The notes: generated by a model from the letters alone, not told the origin. A stretch of 64,000 bases of DNA from Octopus vulgaris (GCA_951406725.2 OX597824.1:98208001-98272000); one strand, 5' to 3'; positions 24,368-37,505 are shown, numbered from the stretch's first letter. Translations and numbers: made by a program.

Positions 24368-27300
24368 ATGCGTGTGCGAAGACTGAATGCTTTTGCTGGT
24401 TGTTACTTCTTATAGGATCGACCGAATATTTATTGCAGGTATTAAAATAATCGATATTATTTTTATTGAGGAGTGTGAGTGAAGATGGCCTGGAAACAGT
24501 CGAAGGCACAAAATGAATTGTCAATTTTGAAGAATTTTCAGATTCACAGAGCGAAGGGCTGTTAGTGCTAAACTCTATAAACTCTGTCCGTATTAAAGCC
24601 GCCAGGAACTTGACCAATTTCAGATGCAAGCCAACGAAACCGTTCCTTGCCCGTGCTGATCTATGGGCGAATATCCAATGGTTGTTATCGTGTGCAGGGT
24701 AGTTGCAGCTTCCACTCGATTCTATCTTGAAGGGTAACTCACTGCCTTCCTTTGGCAAGAAGGAGTATGTTATCTTCCTCTACTTGGTGGTCATGGTGAA
24801 GGAAGTTGTGTGTGGATGCAACAGTTCATAGGTTATACGTGTGTGTATGTGTGTGTGTGTGGGGGGGGGCTGTAGTAGAAGGGACTTGCTCCAGAAGCTG
24901 AGGAATGGGACCACACTCCGAGATCCAGAGTAGCGAAGTGAACGTCTCAACTACGCAGCTGTAAACGAACCCATTTGGGTGGAACTTATTTTATCAAACC
25001 CAGAACCATGACAAAACACAGCCGTCCCTAGTAGAATTCGAACATAGATCTTTAAGGGACGTAACTAACTTCAAAAAATACTTTGTCCAACACTCTAACA
25101 ACTCTGTATAAGGACTGATAAAATAGTCACAGCGACAGACATTGTAGAGGCAAGTACCGTATATTGTATCATCACACCCTCTACTTCATTGTACCTATTT
25201 CATCAGCCCCTGGAAATATGAAGGGCATACTGACTTCGGCAGGATTTGAACTCAGATACTAAGACACATAGGGAAATTAACAAGGAGTACATTTGTAAAA
25301 CCAACATTAACAATCATAAAAATACGTTAACAAATAAATAATAAGAATACAAAAAGAACCAGCAACAAAAAATGAGGCCCAAATGAAGGGCTAACCACAG
25401 AACCATTCGGGTCACCCTCCACACAGTCCCAGATTAACCCGAACACACGAAAGTAACCTCTCTCAGTTGTTGTTATCCACCCACGGTCACACAAATTACG
25501 TAGCTCCAGTTAACCCAATTTCTCTCAGCTGCTTTTCATAATATTTACGGGAGTAAATCCTTTCTGTCATTCAACTTTTAGTTTTCTGTTCGGGAGGTGC
25601 CTGAAGAAATTAATGACGGTTTGGCCAGAGAAATCACTTTGACGTTAAACCTTTCAACCAAATCCTCGTCAAAACTTCTTTTATTAAGACAATTAAGATG
25701 AGGAAGCTACCCACAGTTCCTTATCAAAGAAAACTAATAGGTCGCTTAATAGTGGGGTCCTTTCTGCTCCTGATAACAGCTGCTCAACAAACACCTCAAA
25801 TCAGTAATTCACGGTCGATTATAAGGAAACGTTTTTGTTGTAGGAAAAATCGCCAAAAGAAATTTCGCTTGAAATTGTCTCATAACCTTTTCTCAATGTT
25901 TTACGTTGAATAAAGACTTGCCTATTTGATACCTGACAAATAAAACATTTCATCATTTTCTTTTTTTTTTTTATTATTATTATTTTAGAAAATGCTGATA
26001 TGATTGTCCATTTGGCGAGTTTGTCTTATGTCGAATATTCGGGACAAGCAGACGGTGACGGGATGGCTTCGTTGCCTTGTATGTGTATCTCTCAGATTCA
26101 GATATTGCCGGTTATAAACATAACCATACTTCTACAGTTTACCCGAACAATCAAAGCTTTCCATGGATATAACTGCGGGAACGAAATTTTCTTTGGAGGT
26201 GCCCAACTCTGTTTCCCAGGAGAATATTCAAAGCGTTTTCAGTGTCCCCCTACCCACCCGAATTTTAGGGATGGGTGGTGAGTGTTCGCAGCTCCTGAAC
26301 CTTCCTGGTCCTGGGCCAATGCCCTTGACACACTTCTAGGCCAAAGACATCCGGGGTCTCCTTCCTAATTCTGGACATCAAAGAACAGCAGAAGTAATGA
26401 TTCATATCGTCTTCGTAAAACGCCTCCAATCGTTCCCAGGCCACCCTCACCCATTGGCTTCCATTAATGACATAATATCGATTGCTTCTAGAAACTGCCA
26501 CAAACACTTGGTCGATCTTACGCTTTACAGCGTTCAGCCTTTACGTGGCTCTCACCTTTGAAGGTTATTTGAAAACATTCGCAAACACTTAACAGCTGTT
26601 GCCGTCCCCCATCTCTCTCCCTCTCTCTCTCTCTCACACACACACCACACACACACACACAAACACACTCAAACATATACATTGTGTGTGTGTGTGTGTG
26701 TGTAATTATCAACGACGCCATCATCATCAAAAGCATAATCATCGTCATCATTAAATTAAGACGATTTTCAAAAGAAATCTAATCCAGTGTACTTTTTACT
26801 TTTCTTGCAAAATTCAATATAAACAACATGTCGTCGTTGATATGATTGTGGTGGTGGTGGGGTGGTGGTGGTGGTATTAGAAATAAATGCAGTGGTAGTC
26901 GCCAAGAAGTGACTATTATTATTATTATTATTATTGCTGTTGTTGTTGTTATTATCGAGTGTCTTTGACTGCAGTCTGTTCCCAACACATGTCGTCAGTG
27001 TTCACACTCTGTGTTAGTTCATTGTGGTGGTTGTTATTGTTGCTGTTGTTGTTGTTGTTTATCGATGTAAAGTCGATTTAGTTGAAGATATAACATCAAT
27101 AGGAGACGAGGTATACAACATACACAGCACAGTGTCGAGTCTGTGGCCAAACAACACTTCATGACTGCCTCACAGCCAACGGTCCATTGCATGGCATAAA
27201 CATCAAGTGTCAAAATACAATACCTTAACAATATGATGTCGTATAACATTGCACTGTAACAACACAATGCAATTGGGAACAGTACAACATTGTACATAAC

Positions 27301-27405
27301 ATACTTCATAATACAATATAATATACGTATACGAATATATATACATATATTAATAATATTGATAATATTGCTGGTTGGTTCTTCGGACATTGAAATAAAT
27401 CCAAA

Positions 27406-27714
27406 ATGTCGGCCGACGATACAGAATTACGCTCTCGTTCAGTGCAGGACACAGCAGAACAAACGAACGATGCTGATTCGAACGAAGCAGAAATATCTTC
27501 GAAAATGACACCTGAAAAACAGACGAAATATTCCGAAATGATTGGTAAAATTCTGGTGGTTTTTATCTATGTGGTTATGGTGTGTTTGCTGTCGTTGGTG
27601 ATGTCGATTTATTACTACAAATTCTGGAATCCAAATCTCATAGCGTTGAAACCGATGAAAGCATCGGCTGATGACGGCGATGACGGCGACGACACGATTC
27701 ACAAACGTGGCTAG
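27406..27714 (+). CDS. InaF-motif small single-pass membrane protein, divergent paralog (102 aa)
   Basis: AAAATG start; K-ILVVFIYVVMVCLLSLVMSIYYYKFWNP aligns with the InaF motif (basic residues, TM helix with Y, IYY..W.P); normal codon composition. Confidence 0.78.
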   Translation: MSADDTELRSRSVQDTAEQTNDADSNEAEISSKMTPEKQTKYSEMIGKILVVFIYVVMVCLLSLVMSIYYYKFWNPNLIALKPMKASADDGDDGDDTIHKRG

Positions 27715-28103
27715 ACACAAATGGAATACCTATATACATCGACATTTTGTGTGTGTGTCTACATATATAAGGTAAGACCTTTTGGGGTTTTTGTCTTTTT
27801 GCGATTTGGGCAATATATTCTTGCTATTTTGGATAATCTAGAATCGTTTGTAACAGTTTTCGTCCTGACTCCCGAGCGCGAGCGAGCACGCGCACACACA
27901 CATACACACACTTATACACATTCGCTTAATCCATAACCGTGGGGGGTGGGACACTAAAATAATCTGTTTTGGTCGAAGACTCTTCAGCTAAGAACTTACG
28001 AACGAAACAGAATATATATACTTTTTCGACTTTTGACTCTCATATTTTTGACTCTCAAACTACCCAGGTCCTTTGACTACTGAAGATAAGGTCAGGCAAT
28101 TTC

Positions 28104-28144
28104 TGTGCTGATGGTGGCTCCTGAGTCAGAAACACGTGTCCATG
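28104..28144 (+). ncRNA. Minimal hammerhead-like motif (A9 to G variant)
   Basis: TGTG-CTGATGG-TGGCTC CT GAGTCA-GAAA-CACGTG-TC-CATG. Confidence 0.55.
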
Positions 28145-29502
28145 GCTGTCTTTTTATCTCCACACAATAAACATGGCCTTTTCCTTAATGGTACGTCAGT
28201 CAACTTTGGAGAATTTTTAAATCTCGAGATTATCTCACCTTCTCAAGTGGAGTTAATTTTAATTGACATTTAGTAATTATCTCACATCCTCTAGACGCTG
28301 AAATATCTTAAATTGTTTGTATTACAAGTGGCATGAATTTCCTCATAAATACAGGCAATACTGAAGATAACTTCGTACACTGAAACGTAAGCAGAGTCAT
28401 AGACTTGGGTTAATTTCGCCATTATTTGCCTGGTTTTTTAATTAACTTTTCCACAAGTTTTATAAAGAAATTAATTTAAATGAAAATACGTTTTACTCTT
28501 TCGGTAAAGAAGTGAATAAAACGTGAAACGGAGGAGGACAACATCTCCATAACAGACATACAAAATACTTTTCATCTACAATTTTTGAAGCGTAACGTAT
28601 CCCGACAGGCTTCGTTCTGATCGAAGTTTATTTACCAAAAAGTATTGTATTTTGTCAATAATCAATGTAGCATGTATTCCATACGCATATCTTTTATCTT
28701 TCACTTGTTTCAGTCATTGGGCTATGGCCATGCTGGGGCACCGCCTTCAAGAATTTAGTCGAACGAATCGAACCTAGTACTTATTTTTTTTATAAAGTTT
28801 CGTATTTATTCTATCGGTTTTTGACCGAACCGCTAAGTTACTGGGGACATAAACAATCAACACCAGTTGTAATGCAGTGTGGGAGGACAAACAAAATACA
28901 CACACATACACGTTAGGCTTCCACACAGTTTCTGTCTACCAAATTCATTCATAGTCCAGGGTTGTAGTAGAAGAAACCTGGCCAAGATTCTGCGCAATAG
29001 AACTGAACTCGAAACTACACGGCAGCAATTCGAGTTTCTTCTATTTTATATATATATATATAGCTGTATGACATATCTATTATATATATATACCCGTCTT
29101 ATGACATATAGAAACCTAATACAGTGAAATATATACAAGATACATGTTTTATTTAACCTTCGTTCACCGCATCCGTTCCCATGGCTTATATCAACAAGTT
29201 TTCAAACGGAATATACAATTTTCATGTACTAAAATATGCGCAGGGCGTGACTGAACCCGGAACCATGTGGTTGGAAAGTTGGCATCCCAGTCACATGGTT
29301 ACATGTTCAGTCCTAATGCGAAGCATCTTGAACAAGTGTCTTCTTCTATAGCCTCAGGCCGACCAAAGCCTCGTAATTGGATTTGGTGGACGGAAACTGA
29401 AAGAAGCCCGTCATGCATATACTTATACATACATACATACATACATACATACATACATACATACATACATACAAAGCAAATAAAAGTATGTCCAGGTATC
29501 AG

Positions 29503-29588
29503 TGCATTACGGCCGTTTCAAGCGGCACCATCTAATCGATCAATGCAAACATTACATCAATTTGAAAGAAACCGCTCTCCTCAGAGCA
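29503..29588 (-). ncRNA. Inverted copy of the same hammerhead
   Basis: Minus strand TGCT-CTGAGGA-GAGCGG...CCGCTT-GAAA-CGGCCG-TA-ATGCA. Confidence 0.65.
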
Positions 29589-29715
29589 GACGAGCATATA
29601 GATTTCCAATAAACATAGCAAAGGGTAACAATGTAACTATTTTGGTTTCTAGTATTGATGTAAATTGTTCTATTAAAATGGTTTATCCTTTATGTTGGAA
29701 ATCAATATGGTCGTC

Positions 29716-29802
29716 TGCGTCTGAGGAGAACGGTTTCTTTTAAATTGATGCAATGTTTTCATTGATCGATTTAATGAAGCCGCTTGAAACGGCCGTAATG
29801 CA
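29716..29802 (+). ncRNA. Type I hammerhead ribozyme with extended stem II
   Basis: TGCGT-CTGAGGA-GAACGGTTTC...GAAGCCGCTT-GAAA-CGGCCG-TA-ATGCA; intact core and palindromic stem III. Confidence 0.75.
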
Positions 29803-29924
29803 TTGACACTTGGACATCCTTGTTACTTATTTGCCTTTTATTCACCAAGCTGCGCAGACTATAACGAAATGGCTTGGTGCTTCAATTTAAGTACCTAATT
29901 CAACTGAATCTTAATTATTTTTTT

Positions 29925-29961
<37 letters not shown>

Positions 29962-30202
29962 CATACATCTATGTATGTGTGCCTTTGCATCTGTGTTTGT
30001 CTCCACTATTGCTTGACAGCAGGTATTGGTGTGTTTGCATCCCTGTAACTTAGTGGTTTGGCAAAAGAGACTGATAGAGTAAGTATCAGGCTTTAAATAT
30101 TTAAGTGTTGGAGTCAGTTCATTCAACTAAAAATTCTTCAAGGTGGTGCCCCAGCATGGCCGCAGTATAATGACCGAAACAGGTGAAAAACAAAAGATAT
30201 GT

Positions 30203-30275
<73 letters not shown>

Positions 30276-30296
30276 ACATTTATATATATACATACA

Positions 30297-31170
30297 TATA
30301 GGATGCGGTGAATAAACTGTCGTCTAAATTACGCAAAAATGAAAATACCACCTACATCTCATTTTAGCAGATTATATTTACCAAAATTTCATTAAAAATA
30401 TCTTGAAATACTAAGGAGTAAATTTATTCAATACAATCGCCATTGGTTTCAACCACGGACTCTAGACGACTTTAGAATCTCCTGCAACTCTTCTGGACGG
30501 TCTCCTTGTTTAAGTTGGTAAATGCTGCTATAATTCCTGCCTTCAGTTCATCTTTGGTGTTACAAGGAGTTTTGTTGGTCCCTCGCTCAACTGCGCCCCA
30601 CACATTATAATCAAGGGGGTTGCAGCCTGGGGAGTTGGGTGGCCAGATGTTAGGGGTGATGTGGTCACAGAAACTGTCAGACTGTCATAACTGGATTCTC
30701 CTGCTCGTGTGGCATAGTACAGGGTCCTGTTGCCAGGCATAGGGTCTTCCAGCAGCAGCCACCCTCTTCACCCAGGGCAGCACTGCCTCCTCCAGACACT
30801 TAATGTAGTCCTCCGTGTTGTGTCTGAGGCCATGTGGGAAGATGAATGGAGGCATAACGTCGCCATCACTAGTGATCACTCCAAACACCATGATGTTGAC
30901 TGGATGTTTGATTTTTAACACTCTTGGTGCATATCCTCAGATTACATTGTGCTCAGTTCGACACCCAAACACTTTGAGATGCGTGTATTGGAGCTTCCGG
31001 CGCGAATGCCCAACAGTACAGAACATTGCTGATTGAATTGCGTCATGGTGCTGTTTTTCTCACATGTGCCCAACTGACCCTACTATACTGGGTAGTCGAC
31101 AAAAATCAAAAACAAACAAGGTGCGTACGCGAAATTAAAATATAAAACGGTGACAACCCATTGCACCCTG
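30297..31170 (-). mobile_element. Tc1/mariner-superfamily (DD37D/maT-like) transposon, internally deleted
   Basis: KHPVNIMVFGVITSDGDVMPPFIF...WQQD...WPPNSPGCNPLDYNVWG...SRLESVVETNGDCIE. Confidence 0.85.
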
Positions 31171-31176
31171 TGTGTG

Positions 31177-31211
<35 letters not shown>

Positions 31212-31564
31212 AATTCAAATAAGTTGTCATTATTTTTTTTTTAAATAATGATAAGGTGGCCAACAAACATAATCCAAATGTGCAAAATATATATAAAAAG
31301 TCAGGGTATAATATGTAGCTGTTTGCTTGCAAGAAGACTTAAAACTCTCCGAAGCCACGCGTCTCTCACAATACATAAACATTCACGGAGAATATAGCAA
31401 ATATATTTCGAAACAGTCTTCCCATTTGTAGAAATACAATTAGAAGTGTAGACACCGCCCCCCTATCAATTGATTTCGCTTTCTGTGTTGGTTCGACACA
31501 GAAAGCGAAATCAATTGATATTAGGATGTCTACACTCCTATTATTATTGTTGTTGTTGTTGTTG

Positions 31565-32636
31565 TTTGATTGTTGCTTTACATTTGTACAAGTTGGCTCC
31601 AAGTCTCACCCAGAGACCACAAGAGACAACAAGTTAGAAGTTCATGTCGGTGTTATGCCTAGGGTGCTATATATTTAATTTTGTACATAGTGTTGTTCTA
31701 GAGAATGTTTAAGAAACCATAAGAAAATTATGTGTTTGTTTTAAAATTTGAGATTACATAGAAAGTATTTTGCGTAGAATATGGGCAGTTCCCATGAGCA
31801 CTATCTTTTGAATTTCTGCCATTTCCAGGTTTCCTGATGTCTGAGCTAGGTAGCAATTAACCTCTTTTGCTATCATTCCTAGGGCACCTATGACAACAGG
31901 TATTGTTTTAGTCTTCAGGTTCCACATATTTTGCTAATTTCAATTTCAAGATCTTTATATTTGCTCAGTTTTTTGGTAGGTCTTGACAGATACGTTTATA
32001 TCGATTGGGACAGTCATATCAATGAGGAGGCATGATTTTTATCTGAAGTCTTTCAATATGATGTCTGGCGTATTTGCATCTATCTTTCTGTCAGTTTGAA
32101 TGGTGAAATTCCAGAGGAGTGAGATGTGATCATTTTCAAACACTGGAGGTAGTTTGTGTTCCCACCGGTTTTTATCATGGGGCAAGTACAGGTTTTTGCA
32201 AATTACCCAGTGAATATATTGTGCAGCTCTATCATGCCTGTTGACTCTGTAGGTGCAAGAAAACTGCACATGGAGACAACATGATCAATGGTTGCATTTT
32301 GTTGTTGACATACACATGTTGGACTACTGCCGTTCTTTAATATGTTGACCTGGTAGTTCCTTATAAGTAGGCATTGATCTTGGGTTGCTATGATAAACTT
32401 TTTTGTTTCTGATTTTAAGTCAGAAGTCATCAGCCAGTGATGGGTCAGGGCTTTGTCAACATCGGCATTATTACCTCTCTTTGGGTATTTGCCATTGAGA
32501 GGTTTTTCTTGCCATTTATCATTCAGAATATCAAAGGCAGCAGTTTTAGCATGGATTTCCATGCCTTAGCTTGTTTCTAGTACGTCTACTCTGGAATTTT
32601 TTGTATTCGGAATTCACTTAGATATTCCTTTGCCTG

Positions 32637-32640
<4 letters not shown>
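31565..32640 (-). mobile_element. R4/Dong-clade non-LTR retrotransposon 3' fragment (CCHC plus RLE)
   Basis: FIIATQDQ...RHDRAAQYIHW...IQTDRKIDANTPDI...PVVIGALG; flanked by (TAA)n and (CAA)n. Confidence 0.88.
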
Positions 32641-32704
<64 letters not shown>

Positions 32705-33162
32705 CATTATTATTAAGTCGGTGAACTAGCAGAATCGTTAGCCCACCGGCCAAAATGCTCAGCGGCATTTCGACTGTTTTTACGTTCTGAATGCAGATTC
32801 CGCCGAGGTCGACTTTGCCTTTCATCCTATTTGGAATCGATAAAAGAAGTACCAGTTGTATACTGGGATTGATGTAATCGACTTTCCCCCTCCCCTAAAC
32901 TTGCTGGCTTTGTGCCAAAATTTGAAATCCTTGTAATATATTCTAACCATGAGTTTGTGGTTAGTTGTAGTGGATGCTGCGTTGTGTTTTGCGAGATTTT
33001 TAAAAAGACATTTTCATCCATCTCACAACCAGATTGCAGTTAGTCCTTGTAGTAGACAATATGTGTGGTGTGTTTTTGTGGTGTTTGTACCGGATGGATG
33101 AGTTTCCCGTTGTCCAATGACTTGGTCTATTAGTAGAGAGGAGACCGGTCATGCCAAGTGAT

Positions 33163-33201
33163 GTGCTGACGATGCTTATCGAGAGAGAAACACGTGTCCA
33201 C
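33163..33201 (+). ncRNA. Minimal hammerhead ribozyme
   Basis: GTG-CTGACGA-TGCTTATCGAGAGA-GAAA-CACGTG-TC-CAC; intact core, weak stem II. Confidence 0.62.
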
Positions 33202-33882
33202 GGTTCTCCTCTTACCCTCAGACACTCAGTCTGTCTTTTCTTTAATCGCATATTTTGAAGAATTCTTGATTGTTGGAATCGTGTCCTCTCTTCTTTTGGA
33301 GTTGGTCATACTTGTCACCATTGTTCCATCTTCTCTGGAAGCAGAAATAATTTCAATAAATCAAAAATTTATTTCGTGTGGTATTTAATACACCTTTATT
33401 CGTCTTTGTTATACTCACGTGTGTGTGTCGTGGGCATCACATGTAAACGTAGTTGTCTAGTTGTGGTTTACCATCTCTATTCAGCAACTCAAGTCAATGT
33501 TTAATGAGTGAAGCTGACACGTGACCACTGCTAATACCAAACGACAACCTGTCACGCCAGATCACAACATACCCATGATGCACCACAACTCACTCCACTT
33601 CCGTACACCTCACTTCCACACGCCACCGCCTCAAGATGCCACTTTCAGGAAGTATCCTCGACATCGCCGTCGTCTTGCTAGAAATAGTAGTCAAGTCTTC
33701 TTTTTTGCGAAAGTGACACATTCGATAATGCAGTTTTTCATACACCTTGAAGGACATGATAGTCATGGCCGAAGAGGCTTCAATCATTAATGTCAAGCAA
33801 ACGTTAATCATTAATCTATTCGACCAGGATTGACCTGGTGCTAAACAACTCGGCATCGCGAGTCTAAATATTGCTCTTAACA

Positions 33883-33934
<52 letters not shown>

Positions 33935-35711
33935 AATAATCTTTACTACCCCCTCTTCTCTCTATCCCTCTCTATCAAAACGATTTATCCCACTCCATTC
34001 TCTCTCTCTCTCCCTTGCTCTGTCTCTCTCTCTCTACTACTACTACTACTACTACTACTACTGCCTCTCCTTATATTCTCTCTCCCATTATGATTGAATC
34101 CCCGCCTCTCCCCTAAATTCTTCTCTCCTACCGAAGAAAAATAAATCAATACACTCACGCGCGCGCGCACGCCCAAGCGCAACGCGTTCTTGTCAGCTCC
34201 ACAATTTGCCAGCCTCGTTTCCAAAAGCTACTTTCACTTCCAGTTTGCCGCTTTTTTTTTTATCTTGTTTATATATTATACTTATGTTTCCGGTTCCGGT
34301 TTTCTACTCAGTTCATTTCTTGTTTTCCTCTCTCTATCCCCCTCTCTCTCTACCTCTCCCTATCCCCCTCTCTCTCTCTCGCTCTCTCTTTCTCTCTGCA
34401 TCTCTTTCCTTTCCCAATCGTTTCTCCAACTCATCCCCCCCCCCTCTCAGCTTTCAATAGTTCCTCTAATCCTCCGCCGGCGACGCTGGCCGAATCGTTT
34501 GCTCGTCAGAAACAGCGATGCTTTATATATTATGCATTATTTGTTTTGTCTCTGAGTTCAAATCCCGCTGAGGTCAACATCGATTTTTATTCTTTCGGGA
34601 TCGTTAAAATTAAATAGCAACCAAGAACTGGAATCGCTTTACCTTTCACCTCGAAATTGTTGACCCCGACCGAAATCAGAACTAATTCATTTCTAAATCA
34701 TTTTTTCTCTCCTTTTTTCTTTTTTTTTTTGTTTCCATTTTGTCTTTGCTTTCCATTCTATTATATTATATTATATTATATTATATTTCACAGAATCACA
34801 ATACTGTACCTTCATTACCAACCGCCACCTATCCACAAAATGCATCGATCATCAAAAAGATAATTAGAAATTATTATTCGTTAATGAAAAAATCCATATC
34901 CATCAACGAGCAACAATAGAAACAACTGATACGAATGTTGGTTGGTTGGTTGGCTGCTTTTTCCAATCACACTTTACATCGTATAGAGAACGGAGAGAGG
35001 GGTGGGGTAAAAAGAAGAGAGAATGCAGGCTAAAATGTACATACTAGGCTTGGTGACAAGCAATGAGTACACACAGTAAGAGAGAAGGAACCATACGCAA
35101 AGAGGAGGGGGAGTAAGTGATAGTCGTTGTGGGAGGGGTTATACAAATGAGAAATAAGTCTTATTTAATTTTATTTTAAGATAATGAATATTTTTCTTAT
35201 GTATTCCTGTCATAATTTTCTTTAAGCATAAAAAAATTGATGAAAGTTGATTTATAATTCTTGTATGTCTGCCATATTTGCTGATGTTACCCGTCGGTGG
35301 CAAAAGTATTCCAGAGTCATTCGTCTTATGAGAACTTAACATTCTACTTGTATAATGGTTCACGTGGGACGCGACGCGCTGCGACAAATTCTGCGACTCC
35401 AGCATCGTTGCATCGGTGGCAAACCCGGATATCGATGCTCGAAATGCAGACAAGAGAAATATAAAAGAACGGAGGTGACTGACCGGTGGTCATCAGTTTG
35501 TGCCGGTCGCCATCGAGACTTGAGGCGTTCTGCAGATTTCCTCCGCAAAATCGGGGTAACTGCGACCCATCTTAAGTGTGCGATATGGGGCGGCTGTTGC
35601 AATGTGCTAATCCCAGAAATTCATTTAGTGTCAACATATTTAATAGAAGCAACATTATGAAGTTAATGAAAATTAATTACTTGGCAAGGAAAATCAATAT
35701 TAATTATTGAT

Positions 35712-36030
35712 TAACTGGCACTCCGTCGGTTACGACGACGAGTGTTCCAGCTTGTCCAATCAACGGAACAGCCAGCTCTTGAAACGAACGTGTAAGTGGA
35801 TGAGCATTTCGCAGACATGCGCACCATGGACATAGTTCTCATGGAGGTTCAGAATGTGACAAGACTGGCCCTTTGAAATAAAGGTACAACTCATTTTTGC
35901 CAATTGAGTGCACTGGAGCAACGTGAAATACAGTGTTTTGCTCAAGGCCACAACGTGCCGCCGGGAATCGAACTGAAATCCTTACGAATCGTGAGTTGAA
36001 TACCCTAACCACTAAGCCACGCACCTTCAC
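35712..36030 (-). mobile_element. tRNA-derived SINE (plus-strand relative at about 58570-58865)
   Basis: TGGCTTAGTGGTTAGGG...GTTCGATTCCCGGCGGC head; shared tail CTCGTCGTCGTAACCGACGGAG. Confidence 0.78.
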
Positions 36031-36373
36031 ATTAACCATTGATTAATGTTGCTTCAAATGACAAGCTGGTGGAACGAGGGACAAAATGTTGGAAGGGGCC
36101 GCGGGGCGATGGATTGTCATGTCTCTTTCACTTCTAAGTTCAAATCTTGCGGAAGTCGATTTGGTGTTTTATCATTCTGGGATCGATGAAATAAACTTAC
36201 CAGTTGAGGAATGAGGTCGAAGTAATTCATGACATGGTGCCTGCGCTAAAAATCGATATTGTTCTCATACTTTAAAATAGAATTTGCGCGTGCGCGTGTG
36301 TGTATGTAAATATCGATATATATATATATATATATATATAGTTGAAACAGTTGAAACACTCCTGTCACAACCT

Positions 36374-36417
36374 GGGACCTTGAAGACTGCTTAAATGCAA
36401 GAAAGTATACTAGTCCC
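36374..36417 (+). ncRNA. Minimal hammerhead ribozyme (1-nt insertion in core)
   Basis: GGGAC-CTTGAAGA-CTGC TTAAAT GCAA-GAAA-GTATAC-TA-GTCCC; perfect 5-bp stem I. Confidence 0.65.
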
Positions 36418-36514
36418 TTAATATCTGATATTCAACATTTCATCTATTCAATAAGACAATCAACACTTCATTTCATTTTACTCTATATATATATTATTTA
36501 TACTATATATTCTC

Positions 36515-37031
36515 CTAGCAGTATCGCCCGGCGTTGCTCGGGTTTGTAAGGGAAATAACTATATAAGCATTTTTAGAGAGTTACTTCTTTTATAGATGCC
36601 AATTCGGGCTTTCTTAGCCATTTCTGTTTTGGTGTCTTCAAGCCATGAAGTCGTTGTTCTAAAAGAACGCTGGTCTCCTTGACAACGCATTACGACGTTG
36701 ATTTCCTTAAACTCCCTTCCCCACAGCTTCACGAGGGAGGGAAGAAGGGGGAGAAGCAAACGCAGGTGCAGGTGTTTGAGCGTGGACGCCAACTCCGCCG
36801 CCATCGACACACGAAAAATTATGCATTAAAATGGAATAAAAAATGATGTTAAATTATTTTTAAAATCGTAGACTCATCGTAGACGCGCGCTAATAGCCAG
36901 ACGGGCTTGATATTAATCACGACTATAAGATACTGGAATTTGGTTAAACTGCACCGCAAAATGTGGGAGGAGTTAGGAATCTAAATCGTAGGAGACAGAC
37001 ACTCACACAACTACAGTTTTATATATATAGA
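36515..37031 (-). mobile_element. Non-autonomous Helitron
   Basis: Minus strand starts TCTATATATATAAAA and ends with the CCCGAGCAACGCCGGG hairpin followed by CTAG. Confidence 0.72.
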
Positions 37032-37294
37032 TATTCTACATTAATATTATAAAGAATATAAATAAAACATAAAAAACAGACAGAGTTGGAATTCCTTTAA
37101 ATAATATATATATATATATATATATGTATCGCATATATAGTTTCAGTCCACATCCTACAAGCACCTTCTACACAACTACTCCCCCGACCTCCTTCCATCA
37201 TACCTAATTATCAATTTACATAGCACAACCGCTCCCGCCCCAACGGAAAGAACTTGGCAAAGACTATACAAAGTCCAAAAGAACCTCAGTAAAG

Positions 37295-37340
37295 AACAGC
37301 CTGACGAAGGTGAGCAAGTCGAAACTTTGAATCCACTGTT
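37295..37340 (+). ncRNA. Hammerhead-like motif, degenerate stems
   Basis: AACAGC-CTGACGA-AGGTGAGCAAGTC-GAAA-CTTTGAA-TC-CACTGTT, followed by AATAAA and (TA)n. Confidence 0.5.
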
Positions 37341-37456
37341 TATCTTTTCCTTGTAAAAGTTCAATAAACGCGTAAAGTATGAAAGAAACGTGTGTAATTC
37401 TTTAGTATTTAGATTATTTTACAATTGTTTTTAATATATAAAAACGAACATTTATG

Positions 37457-37505
<49 letters not shown>

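Larger units (their letters stand above)
29473..29925. mobile_element. Fold-back element (about 150-bp arms) carrying hammerheads, between microsatellites
   Basis: 29473-29625 is the inverted copy of about 29680-29836; a related copy lies at 40895-41030. Confidence 0.75.

Noticed and set aside
25989-26281. Possible plus-strand exon or 93-aa ORF
   Set aside because: Splice-like sites are present, but there is no recognisable protein or partner exon.
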